Of a stretch of 40,000 nt of DNA, positions 30,269 to 39,693 are shown piece by piece. How positions within the stretch are numbered: the stretch's first letter is position 1; every line of letters starts with the position of its first letter. The DNA lies in NCBI GenBank assembly GCA_963772445.1, contig CAVYXK010000001.1, positions 977,721 to 1,017,720 on the forward strand. The letters run 5' to 3'. The notes beneath the pieces were generated by a model. That model was not told where the DNA came from and made no database searches. It saw only the letters and a program-made list of their open reading frames with translations. A program made the translations under genes and the position numbers. This stretch comes from an uncultured Pseudomonadota bacterium (GTDB taxonomy: Bacteria > Pseudomonadota > Alphaproteobacteria > Acetobacterales > Acetobacteraceae).

Positions 30269-31082
30269 ATGCCTGAACTTCCGGATGTCGAATTCTTCAA
30301 GCGATTGATCGAGGAGCACTGCGTGGGCAGGCTTATCGATCGGGTGATCGTCACAGATCCCGAAAGCCTGGAGGGCGCGTCTCCTGCTTCCCTGCAGCGC
30401 CGGTTGAAGGGCAAGCATCTTCACTCCTGTCGACGTCATGGCAAGGTTCTATTCATCGAGGTTGACACGGCAGGCACGCTTGCGATGCACCTTGGAACCA
30501 ATGGGTCGTTGCAGTATGTGCTGCACGACCAGCAAGAGCCACCGTATGTCCGACTGTGGCTCGACTTCGTCGATGGCGACCGGCTGGCCTATCTCAATCC
30601 GAGGCGCATCGGGCACGTAGTCCTGGTGCAAAGCAGTGGAGCCTATATCGCTGACACGGGTCTTGGTCCCGACGCACTGGACCCGGCGTTCGATGAAGCT
30701 GCGTTCTCGACAACACTCGGCAATCGCAAGCAGGCTATCAAGTCGATCTTGATGGATCAGACACGGGTGGCCGGGATCGGCAATATCTATGCCGATGAAA
30801 TCCTATTCCAGGCGGAACTACACCCGGCGACCAACGCTAGTACGCTCGATCGAACAGCAAGATGCCGCGTATTCGAACTCGATGAAATCGGTGCTACAGA
30901 CGGCGATCGATTGCGGTGCGGGAGCAGAGATCCTGACGGACCGCTTGCCGAAGACGTTCTTGCTGCGGGAGCGTCATGCCGGTGGCCGATGCCCACGCTG
31001 TGGTAGTGGGATCCAGGTTGACAAGCGCGGTGGGCGCACAGGCTATTATTGCCCGAGATGTCAACCGCGACCGGGTGCCTGA
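30269..31082 (+). pseudogene. Fpg/Nei-family DNA glycosylase, frameshift near 30853
   Basis: N-terminal 'MPELPDVE' and H2TH 'VAGIGNIYADEILFQAELHP'. The zinc finger 'CPRCGSGIQVDKRGGRTGYYCPRCQ' is in ORF 30789-31082 in another frame. Confidence 0.75.
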
Positions 31083-31280
31083 TTGTGTGGCCTCCATGCT
31101 GGTAGCCGAGCCATCAGTACAATCGAACGCGCCGTTCCGGGCGGTTATTTCGCTGTCTAAGCCGACGCCTTTGAACGCGTGTTGCTGCTTGAGGTTTGCG
31201 GCCCGGGACCGCCCAGGGCCACGCGCGAAACAACTTACCGCCCCTGTCATTGATTTAGGCCATGCCAGGGGGTGGACTGG

Positions 31281-32591
31281 TTATGCGGGCAGGGCCGCCA
31301 GACCGATACCGCAGGCCGCCAGCAGTACCAGCGCTGCGGGCGGGGCAATGCCGGCGCGACCGCCGGAATATGCGGTAGCGTATGCCGCCTGAAACAGGTT
31401 GTTCGAGGCCGCTGCCACCAGTACCGCGATAACTGCAACCGTGCCGAGAGCTCCGCCCGCACCGTGTTGGGCGAGAGTGAGCACAAACGGGTTGATATCC
31501 GACACTCCAACGATCGCAGCCAGGGTGTAGATGCCTGCCGCCCCAAACTGCCGCATAGCCCACGATGCGGCAATTGAGATGGTAACGAAGAGTAAGGCAA
31601 AGACTGTAGCCGTGCCAAGCTCCAGTGGGTTAGCAGGTGAGGGTGCGGCGGGTAGCGTAGCGCCGCGTTGCACCGACCGACCGATCCAGTACCAGCCTCC
31701 CGCCATTACGAGTCCGAGTTCGGATAACCCGAGCAACGCCGGTGCCAAAGTAGAAGCTAAGGGCCGATTGAAGAAGAAAACGATGATGAGCAATCGCAGG
31801 TACATCACCGACGCAGCAAGGACGATGCCGGTCTGCGCCTGTCTCAACGCGGCTGGTTCGGTCCGGGCGCGACGGGCAAGCACTACTGTGGTCGCGGTGG
31901 AGGAATAGAAGCCGCCGAGCACAGCGGTCAGCAGCCCGGCGCCGGACGGAACGACGTAGCGTTGCAGCAGGTAGCTCGCGTACGAGACTGTGCAGACCGC
32001 AAGCATGGCAAGCCAAACCTGACGTGGCGTGATGCTGGTTAAGTCCGTCACAGGCGTATCCGGAAGAAGAGGTAAAATGAAGCCGGTCAGCAGCAGAAAG
32101 CGCCCGGCGTTGACGATCTCCCCAAGTTCGAGGCGGCGGGCGAACCCGTGCAAGCCCTCGCGCGCAGTCAGCAACAACACCCCCGCGACGGTAGCTCCGA
32201 TGGGCACCCAGGGTGGCTCGGCGAGCGTCACTGGACCGAGCAAATAGGCCAGCACGTTACAAATCGGCGCCATCAGGCCGACGTTTGGAAACCCTTCCGC
32301 ATCGGTCTCACCGAGATGCCGCCAATAATAGCAGGTCAGCCAGCCACTTAGCGCCAGAAGACCTACGCTCAGCGGCACGAGATGGGCAGGGTCCAGTCGG
32401 TAGAGCAAGGCGCCGATGAGGGCGAGTAAGGGAAAACTCCGGATCCCGCCCGGCCGCCTCTGATTCAAGTGCGAATGAAATTCTTCAAAGGCAAGACCCA
32501 GAAAGAACCCGAGGCCAATCGCCAGCAGTAACCGCAAGAGAGGGGGAGCTGGGATCATTCGCGCTGCCTTGAGTTGAGCCCTTATGGGCAT
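31281..32591 (-). CDS. MgtC/SapB-family membrane protein with DUF4010-like C-terminal half
   Basis: 436-aa polytopic ORF. The N-terminal 'LLLAIGLGFFLGLAFE' and overall topology resemble MgtC-DUF4010 fusions. Confidence 0.65.
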   Translation of the reverse strand: MPIRAQLKAARMIPAPPLLRLLLAIGLGFFLGLAFEEFHSHLNQRRPGGIRSFPLLALIGALLYRLDPAHLVPLSVGLLALSGWLTCYYWRHLGETDAEGFPNVGLMAPICNVLAYLLGPVTLAEPPWVPIGATVAGVLLLTAREGLHGFARRLELGEIVNAGRFLLLTGFILPLLPDTPVTDLTSITPRQVWLAMLAVCTVSYASYLLQRYVVPSGAGLLTAVLGGFYSSTATTVVLARRARTEPAALRQAQTGIVLAASVMYLRLLIIVFFFNRPLASTLAPALLGLSELGLVMAGGWYWIGRSVQRGATLPAAPSPANPLELGTATVFALLFVTISIAASWAMRQFGAAGIYTLAAIVGVSDINPFVLTLAQHGAGGALGTVAVIAVLVAAASNNLFQAAYATAYSGGRAGIAPPAALVLLAACGIGLAALPA

Positions 32592-32673
32592 CCACGAACC
32601 GTGCCGCCCGCAGCCGGCGCGGTCTCTCGACCCGACACCAAAGGTTGATTAATGCTGGTGTTCCCCTACGGCA

Positions 32674-32687
32674 TTGATCTGGATCAT
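32674..32687. promoter_or_regulatory. FixK/FNR-like box TTGATCTGGATCAT (one half imperfect) upstream of the MgtC-like gene
   Basis: 13 of 14 positions match TTGAT-N4-ATCAA. It lies ~90 nt upstream of the start at 32591. Confidence 0.4.
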
Positions 32688-33347
32688 GGGTAGACGGTTC
32701 AACTCGACCTGGAAGGCACCATCGGCACGACAACGCATGCTATTCTGACAACGAGAACGCCCTTGGAAGGGAACGGCTGTCTGCGCTGCCCCCGCGTGTA
32801 GAGACACCAGCCGATGCAACCGCCCTACCGGCTTTGGCAAGGACCGCCATCAGGGCCTGGCAGAGACACCGAGGGGACTCCAAGCACGCAGACCCCCGAT
32901 GCGAACCTGTCGGTGGCGGATGCTTGGCTGCACAAATTGAGCGAGTCTGTGGCGATCAGGCTTGACGCGCTCAGCGTGGATATGTTGTTGCCAGGTCCGA
33001 GACGTGCAGCGGCAACGAAATGAAGCAGTCTGACCCCTGGCCGTTCTCACCAGAAATCGCCGATTGGCGCGGCATCGCATCCGCAGGCTCGGGCCAAGAG
33101 GATGCGGGTGCGGGATTTCGGCTGGCAATCGGTAGAGAGGGGTTTGGTCTCAGCACCGCGAGGGCGTAAGATCCGGCTGCGGCACGCGGCCGATCCCAGC
33201 TATCTGGAACGGCGTCTTGGCCACCTTGCATCGAAAGGCTGCATCCGCATTCTTGCCGGCATGAACCGGTTCCGCGACTTCCACGATGTGCTGGATGCTG
33301 ACTATGAGCGAGCTGCCTGAAATAATGATCAGCTAATACCAGCCGCC

Positions 33348-33851
33348 TTAAAGATTGACGCACGCCCAAACTCGATGCGGAACAGATCTGATACGGTCTG
33401 GATCGCCGACCAGAAAATGCCATGCATCCCGACACGCAGCCACGATTGCCTCGTAGCTGTTCCACACGCGCATGCTGAGCTTGTTGCCGCGCAAGTAGTC
33501 CCAGATGTTCTCCATCGGATTGAGTTCCGGCGAGTAGGGTGGCAACGCCAACAGCGTGATGTTGTTTGGCACGCGCAGCCGTTTGCCGCGTTGATGCCAG
33601 CCAGCACTGTCGCAAACCAACACCGCGTGTGAGCCGGGAGAGACCTGGGTGCTGACCTCCGCCAGATGTTCGTTCATTGCCTCGCTGTTGGCCGCCGGCA
33701 TGATGACCGCCGCCCCGACCGCGCGGGCCTGACAGACCGCTCCGAACAGGTAAGCGGAGTCATAACGGTTGTCGCGCACCGCAAGAGGGCGTGAACCCAC
33801 CGGCGCCCAGACATATTCCTGCGTCCCCTTCTGCCCGACCCTGGCCTCGTC
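33348..33851 (-). pseudogene. IS630-family transposase, C-terminal (DDE) part
   Basis: 'DEARVGQKGT...VLVCDSAGWH...PPYSPELNPMENIWDYLR'. Confidence 0.8.
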
Positions 33852-34164
33852 CTTACATGAGGCTTCGACTGTCAACAGCGTTTCTGCAATGCAAGCCTCC
33901 GTTCTTGGCGATTGAGATTGGCCGAGTGTGACTGATCCTACGGGTCCGGTGCACCTTAGCTCGCAGCAAAAGCAACTGCGTCACCTTACATGCGGTCCGG
34001 GGCGATATTGCCCGGCACCATAATGCCTCATGCACGAGGCGTCGCACCGGTGAGACGCGACCCACCTGAAACGCGGGCGGCTGCGAGGCCCCCAAAGAGG
34101 AAGACGGTCGCGCTCCCCGTATCGCCGCCGGCGAAGACGGCGCTGGCGGCAATCCCGGACATCT
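33852..34164 (-). ncRNA. candidate bridge/seek RNA region of the IS110-family element (3' non-coding arm)
   Basis: A 313-nt non-coding arm containing four short matches. CTGAAAC (34066-72) equals the core plus right target flank at 35381-87. ACGAGGC (34034-40) is the reverse complement of the left flank at 33844-50. CCTTACATG (33984-92) equals the element end at 33851-59. GCCTCATG (34025-32) is the reverse complement of 33855-62. Confidence 0.3.
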
Positions 34165-35301
34165 TTACACGGCAGCGTCTGCATTCGCCCTGAGCACGAC
34201 GCCATTCGGCAACGCGCCGGTCTCGACATAGCGCCAGAGCGCGATGAGCAGCTTTCTCGCCATCGCCACAATGGCGATCCGCCGCGTGCGCCCTTGCAGG
34301 GAGCCGACGCGCTCGCGAAACCACGTGGCGAGCGCGCTGCCTGGCTGATAGCGAAGCCACAGCCACGCGATCTGGACGAGTGTCGTGCGCGCCCGCGGAT
34401 TGCCCGCACGGCTGATGCTTCGGTCGCGATCCATGCCGCCACTCTGGTAGGGCATCGGCGCGATACCGACATAGCTGGCGAGTTGACGACGGTTGTCGAA
34501 GGAGCGGTAGAATATCTCACGTACCAGCACGGCCGCGAAGTTCATACCGATACCATAGATGCGCTGCAGCGCCACGATCTTCTGGGTCATTACGTCTTCG
34601 GCGGTCTCGGCAAGCGTATCAGCGCGCTCGGCCTCGACCTCGCGGATCAGCTCCAGCACCAAGACGAGCCGGCGCCGCAAGCGGTCCAGCTCGGCTCGCA
34701 GCAGAGGCGGCAGCGCGCGCCCGTCGCCGGTGTGCAGCTCCGCAAGGTCGCGGTCCCATGAGCGCAGCGATGGCCTTCCCCGGATGCCCTGCGTGAACAG
34801 CAGCGCCTCGATCCTGTTCTCGATTCGCAATTTCTCTTGCACCAGGTGCTGGCGCTCGCGGTGCGGCCGTTTGGCATCCTCCTCATCCGGTGTCGGTACA
34901 CGCACCATGCTGCATAGTTGGCGATCTCCTCCCAGCCAGGCGGAGAGCAGGCGCAGCATACCCTCGGCGTCGAGCCGGTCGGTTTTAGCCCGGCGCGCGC
35001 GGCGGTTCACCAGGATGCTGGTCGGCTCGAGCACGTGGACGGCGACGCCGCTGGCGGAGAGCAGCCGCTGGAGCCAGAACCCATCCCGGCCCGCCTCGAA
35101 ACAGCAGATCACGTGCGCAATCCTGCCCAGCTTATCGCTGAGATGCGAGCGCTGCTCTGCGATCAGTGCCAGTAGTGCGGCTGTGTCGCCACCCGCCACG
35201 CGGTGCAGTCGCGATTTCTCGGCTCCAGGCCAGCGTATGGCGACGAGCCACGATGAGAAGCTGAGTTCGATGGCGACGTAGATCGTGTCCTCGCTTTGCA
35301 T
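34165..35301 (-). CDS. IS110-family transposase (DEDD + C-terminal domain)
   Basis: 378 aa. 'IYVAIELSFSSWLVA' (first Asp/Glu region), 'FEAGRDGFWL', 'AKTDRLDAEGM', and C-terminal 'LQRIYGIGMNFAAVLV...LASYVGIAPMPYQSGG'. Confidence 0.85.
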   Translation of the reverse strand: MQSEDTIYVAIELSFSSWLVAIRWPGAEKSRLHRVAGGDTAALLALIAEQRSHLSDKLGRIAHVICCFEAGRDGFWLQRLLSASGVAVHVLEPTSILVNRRARRAKTDRLDAEGMLRLLSAWLGGDRQLCSMVRVPTPDEEDAKRPHRERQHLVQEKLRIENRIEALLFTQGIRGRPSLRSWDRDLAELHTGDGRALPPLLRAELDRLRRRLVLVLELIREVEAERADTLAETAEDVMTQKIVALQRIYGIGMNFAAVLVREIFYRSFDNRRQLASYVGIAPMPYQSGGMDRDRSISRAGNPRARTTLVQIAWLWLRYQPGSALATWFRERVGSLQGRTRRIAIVAMARKLLIALWRYVETGALPNGVVLRANADAAV

Positions 35302-35380
35302 GATGGCAGGCTCCTTTGGTGTTGATTCGGACGCCCGCCAGTCTGCACAATTCGCCCGGCAGTGTCCTTCCTCATAGCAT

Positions 35381-35947
35381 CTGAAACCAAACCTCGATCG
35401 GTTTGTCCGCCGCCGCCTCCGGCACCGTTTCCTGCACCAGGACAGCGAAGTTTTGTTTGAAGACCTCCTGCGCCGCGGCGTCTTTTTTCGGATGATAGGG
35501 CCGCGGTTGCAGCCGGGTCAGCCCGAGCCGACGCAGCAGCTTGCCAATCGTGCGTTCGTTCAGCGTCACTGACCAGCGGGCCGCAATCTCAGCGCGCAGG
35601 TCAATGCAGCGCCATCGCACCACCTTGTGCCGTTCCGGATCGGGACCCTTGAGCACCAGCGACTTCAACTCCTGCATCTGCGCTTCATTCAGCATCGGAG
35701 GACGCCCCGGGCTGGTGCGCGAGCTCAGGCCGTCCACGCCACTCGCGTTGTAGCGGTGGATCCAGTCACACAGCGTTTGCCGGTCCATGCCGACCGCCTC
35801 CGCCGCCACCTCCCGCGAATGCCCTTCCAGCACCAGGGCGATCCCTAGCAGCCGCCGCACCACCGCGCCCTCCTGCGTCGCCACCGCCTGATCGCGCAGC
35901 TCTGCGGCTGATCGATCCAAGCGAGTGATCGCGATCGGCTTGCCCAT
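35381..35947 (-). pseudogene. IS630-family transposase, N-terminal (HTH) part
   Basis: 'MGKPIAITRLDRSAAELRD...GRPPMLNEAQMQELKSLV...KPIEVWFQ', after which the IS110 insert begins. Confidence 0.8.
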
Positions 35948-36065
35948 CTTGCCTGCTCCCTGAGTGAACCCAGTCGGCAGGCACAGAATTGAAGTTTTAC
36001 CGATTCGGGAACCACCCCGGAGAGTCGAACTTATGGGCGGCTGGTATAAGTACCGCGATTCGCAA

Positions 36066-36551
36066 TTACGGTGACGTATTCCGGTGCAGGAACTTTCCGG
36101 CATAAGTGCGCCGCTTCTTGAGCTTGGTGAGGAGTAGGTGCAGATCACGGCGCGTGAAGGTCCACTTGAACGGTCTGGCGGCCCGCTGGTAGCGGGCCTG
36201 GAAGGCCATCACGTTCCGCTTTAGATCGGCCACGCTCTCGAAGTCGCTCGGGGTGAGCAGCTTACGCTGAACGACCGAGAAGTAGACCTCGATCTGGTTG
36301 AGCCAACTGGCGTGAACTGGCGTATGAACCAGAACGATATTGGACCATCTGGCGCGAAGGCGGTCGGCGGCGCATCGACCACGATGGCAGGAGCCGTTGT
36401 CGACAATCAGGAACACGCGGCGCGCTGACCTATACGGCTCCTGGCCCATGACCTGGCCGACGAGGCGATGGAATGCCGCGATGCTGTTCCTGCGCTCGCA
36501 GCGGCCGAACAGCCTGGGTCGATGCACGTCCCACGCCGCGAGGTAGGCTAG
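36066..36551 (-). pseudogene. IS630-family transposase (copy 2), C-terminal DDE part
   Basis: 'VFLIVDNGSCHRG...HTPVHASWLNQIEVYFS'. Confidence 0.75.
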
Positions 36552-38479
36552 CCTGGATTTCCACGGACCGGAAATCGCCTAACACGACAGGTTTCACATG
36601 CTAGTGGATCAGGCGGAGCGAACGGCCTTGCCACCATGGCACCAGGACGGGTTGGTCGATGAGTTCGGAGGCGAGGTACGATTGGAAGATGGGCGCGACG
36701 GTGGAAGCGCACGGTGACCTCGTCAGTGGCGATGGCGACGTTTGCCGGCATGTCGATCAAATCGCGGAAGATACGGCGGGCTTGGGCATCATCGTAGCCT
36801 CGCATGCGTCGGGCCATCAACCGGTAGAGGGCGCTGGCGAGGACGAGGAGCGCCATGTCGAAATCAACCTTGAAGCCGACTGAAGAGGAGAGCGCGTCGA
36901 TGTGGAAGAAGCGTACGGCATCGGCGAGCGCATTTTCGATCAGCATGCGCTTGGCATAGCGAGTGATGAGGTTGCGGGCGCTGGCATGCCTGTCGTTGGT
37001 GACAAGGATAGTGGGTTCATCGTGGCCGAGATCCTTGATGAACAGTTGTCGGTAGGTGCGTTCGCGAAGGCAGACCTTCTGCTCGAAGACTTGGGGTGTG
37101 CGATATTTGCGACTGGGCAGGTTGAGCGTGATGGTGCGCCACGCCGATGCTGCCAGCTCATAGACTTCGGCCAGCAGGCCTTTGGAGCGCCGGCGCAGCG
37201 TCATAAAGGTGATCCCGGCGGCATCCAGCCGGTCGAGCCCTTCGTAAGTCGTGAGTTTGGAATCGAATACGAGGTGCTGCGGCACTTTGCCATGCTGACG
37301 CTTCCAGAACTCGATGAAACGGAAGATTTCCTCGGCCTCCTCACCCTTGCGAATGTCGGCGTTCGAGTAGCAGAACACCTGACTGTCGGCGTCCTGGGCG
37401 AGGAACGTGAGGATGCTGGGCTGACGGCGACTGCGCCTCGGCAGATAGTGTGTTTCGACCACCGGGTGTTCGCCGAAATAGGGCACGGAGTGGAAATCGA
37501 GGTTGATCGACTCCCCGCTGAAGAGCGCCTCTCCGGCCAACCGTTCGTGCCACAGAGCGAGCAACCGCGAGACGTTCTGCGGGGTGATCCGTGAGGAATA
37601 CTCCGACAGGAAGCTCCTCTTCGGCATGACGTTGAGCCCGCAGAACAGCGCCAGGCCTTCGTCGGCAACCAGCGCCATGATATGGCTCTTCCGCTCAATG
37701 GCCCATAGCTTCAGAGCCAGCGAGGCGCGCAAAGCATGCGCGGCCGGGATCATGCGCGAGCCGGGGAGTTTGGCGCCGAGCGCCAGGGTGTCGGTGTTCA
37801 AACGCACCAGTTCGGCGATGAACAGGAACAGCCCCCCGACCCGTGTCGTGAACTCGCGCGGCGTGAGCGTGAAGCTGCGGATGTTGGCGACTGCCTCGGT
37901 GCTGGGCCCGGCTACGGCCGGACGCTCCTCGTCGAGCCGCCGCGGCAGCGGTGCGAACCCTTCCGCGGCGAGGACCTCGCGTACCGCAGTCGCACTGAGT
38001 GGCATTCCCCGTTCGGAAAGCGCCTGACTGATCTCGTAGACTGAGTAATTGCGTTTGCGCAGCGCCACGATCTGGTCATGGGCACGGCCCTTTCTGGGCT
38101 GCTCACGCCGACCCGGTCGGACGACGGCGAAGAAGTCTGGCAGTTCGCCGCGACGAAAGGCGTGGCAGAGCACCCGGAATGCGCCCGGTGAGTAGCCGAA
38201 CCGTCGCGCCGCCGCGTCAGAGCCAATGCCTTCGAAGAAATAGGCGCGCAATGCCTCGTATTGGCGCTGCCGTGGGGTCGCCGGCCGGACGAAGAAGCGG
38301 CGGCACTTTGTTAGGTCATATGGTGCTCTGATAGCCACTTGTGCACGGTGTCTAACCCCATATATAGTGTCAAGCGAGAAAGACGTGACAACCCCTGCGC
38401 CTGCCAGAGAAGGGCTATGGTGCTGCATTTTTGCATCAACCGATGGCGAGACGGAATCCTGGCAGTCTTCCTTTGGCAA
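36548..38479 (-). CDS. large DDE transposase of the CTAG-flanked IS (true start uncertain)
   Basis: 643-aa ORF with 'INLDFHSVPYFGEH', 'LVFDSKLTTYEGLDRLDAAGITFMTLRRR' and 'YAKRMLIENALADAVRFFHIDALSS'. The ORF reads through the terminal IR. Confidence 0.7.
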   Translation of the reverse strand: MPKEDCQDSVSPSVDAKMQHHSPSLAGAGVVTSFSLDTIYGVRHRAQVAIRAPYDLTKCRRFFVRPATPRQRQYEALRAYFFEGIGSDAAARRFGYSPGAFRVLCHAFRRGELPDFFAVVRPGRREQPRKGRAHDQIVALRKRNYSVYEISQALSERGMPLSATAVREVLAAEGFAPLPRRLDEERPAVAGPSTEAVANIRSFTLTPREFTTRVGGLFLFIAELVRLNTDTLALGAKLPGSRMIPAAHALRASLALKLWAIERKSHIMALVADEGLALFCGLNVMPKRSFLSEYSSRITPQNVSRLLALWHERLAGEALFSGESINLDFHSVPYFGEHPVVETHYLPRRSRRQPSILTFLAQDADSQVFCYSNADIRKGEEAEEIFRFIEFWKRQHGKVPQHLVFDSKLTTYEGLDRLDAAGITFMTLRRRSKGLLAEVYELAASAWRTITLNLPSRKYRTPQVFEQKVCLRERTYRQLFIKDLGHDEPTILVTNDRHASARNLITRYAKRMLIENALADAVRFFHIDALSSSVGFKVDFDMALLVLASALYRLMARRMRGYDDAQARRIFRDLIDMPANVAIATDEVTVRFHRRAHLPIVPRLRTHRPTRPGAMVARPFAPPDPLACETCRVRRFPVRGNPG

Positions 38480-38608
38480 GGAGAAGACAACTTACAAATG
38501 GGCTATCAGCGCACCATCATGCATAACAAATCACGCAAAAAAAAGCGAGTCTTTAGAATTGCTTGACTTGCCCACCGTTAGGCGGGCTCGGCTCCGTGGA
38601 AATCCAGG
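36552..38608 (-). mobile_element. DDE insertion sequence, 2,057 bp, CTAG target duplication (IS4/IS5-superfamily; family unresolved)
   Basis: Terminal IRs CCTGGATTTCCACGGA... (36552) and ...TCCGTGGAAATCCAGG (38608), with a further shared CGCCTAAC. CTAG lies at 36548-51 and 38609-12. Removing the element plus one CTAG restores the IS630 transposase frame. Confidence 0.8.
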
Positions 38609-39295
38609 CTAGTGCACCGGTACGCGCATACTCGTGCTCAACGTAGACCGGGCGCCCCGGTGCCGGCGGCAACGACCGGTGTTTGCGCCGCCTGGCCTGG
38701 ATGCTGGTTTTCTCATCGATGCAGAGCACGTAATCGCGCGGCCCCAGCGCTGCGCCTTTCCAACGACGTTGGTACAGATCAATGACGCGGCCGACCTTGC
38801 GGGCGAAGTGCGGGTCGCGAGGAAAGATCCAACTGCGGTGGCGCCACGGCCGCAAGGCGTCCTGGCCGAGCCAGCGCCAGAGCGTGGTGCCGCTGATCTG
38901 GGCAACGATGCCGCTCGCCAGCGCCTCCTGGCGCAGCTCGGCAACCGACCAGCGAGCCAGGGGCAGACCACGGCGTGACGGCAGCTCACAGGCCAGCGCC
39001 TTGATCGCAACCACGACATTGGGGGGAAAAGCGGGCTGGTCGCCCGCCGCGCGGTCGGTCGTCGAGGCCGGGTAGCCGTTGGCTACAGAACCGCTGGCGC
39101 CACTTGCTCGCGATCTGGCGTGGCATGCCCAATTGAGCCGCCATGCGGTTGTTGCCAAGCCCCTGGCTTGCCAGCAGCACGATCTTCGCCCGCACGACGT
39201 TGCGATGCGGCGATGTATACTCTTTGCAGCGAGCTTCCAGTTCGGCCTCGCTCGTGCTCGCTCAGCCGGATCACGAACGGGCTCCGCCTTGGCAT
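38609..39295 (-). pseudogene. IS630-family transposase (copy 2), N-terminal part with two frameshifts
   Basis: 'MPRRSPFVIRLSEHER', then 'AELEARCKEYTSPHRNVVRAKIVLLASQGLGNN...', then 'NVVVAIKALACELP...IDEKTSIQAR', in three frames. One shift lies in the G6 run at 39021-39026. Confidence 0.7.
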
Positions 39296-39693
39296 GATCG
39301 ATCCTCCTGGATAAGGAGGAGCCTGCCGTTCTGTCACGAGTTGGCCAAAAATACGTCACCGAATTTACGAAACGCAGGACTAAGCGCGCTGTTGCTCCGG
39401 GAACGGAATCCCACCAAGTTGGCGAGCAACGCGCTCGTCATCGTCGATTGGTAGGAACAAGGCTGACCGACGACGCAGTCCACGCGAGACAAGTCGTGCA
39501 GGTTGATCCATGTCAAGGTGAACGCCCCGCGGGTGGAATTGACTTGCGATCCAAAGCCGCCAGCCTGCAAGGGGTGACGGGATTCGTTATCAGAACCCAT
39601 GAAATGGCGCCCGGGCCCGGGCGCATTCGCCTCTTGCATGGGCCAAGGAGAACCATATTCGGCGATGGCCCACTGACTGTTGGGAGTTGATCA

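Larger units (their letters stand above)
33852..35380 (-). mobile_element. IS110-family insertion sequence (1,529 bp) inside the IS630 transposase gene
   Basis: It precisely separates codons ...TTTCAG | GACGAG... of the IS630 transposase. CT is present at both junctions (33852-53 and 35381-82). There are no long TIRs. 79 nt lie upstream and 313 nt downstream of the transposase ORF. Confidence 0.8.
33339..36044 (-). mobile_element. IS630-family element (1,177 bp without its insert), interrupted by an IS110-family element
   Basis: Imperfect IRs begin CCAGCCGCC (33339) and GGCGGCTGG (ending 36044). It is flanked by TA at 33337-38 and 36045-46. The transposase halves join as '...PIEVWFQ|DEARVGQKGT...'. 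Confidence 0.8.
36047..39383 (-). mobile_element. second IS630-family element (different lineage), interrupted by a 2,057-bp IS; ends approximate
   Basis: Imperfect ~34-bp IRs share CGGTGACGTATT (36047-36080 versus the reverse complement of 39350-39383). The transposase halves join as '...EYARTGAL|AYLAAWDVHRPRLFG...'. Confidence 0.65.

Noticed and set aside
32971-33615. 214-aa minus-strand ORF spanning the left end of the IS630 element
   Set aside because: It crosses the IS boundary, overlaps the transposase gene in another frame, and has low-complexity Arg/Ala/Ser composition.
39334-39639. 101-aa minus-strand ORF next to the IS630 copy 2 end (and overlapping plus-strand ORF 39448-39690)
   Set aside because: No recognisable motif. 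The ORF runs into the IS terminal repeat, and the strand choice is ambiguous. It may be a remnant of a gene truncated by the IS, but this cannot be supported.
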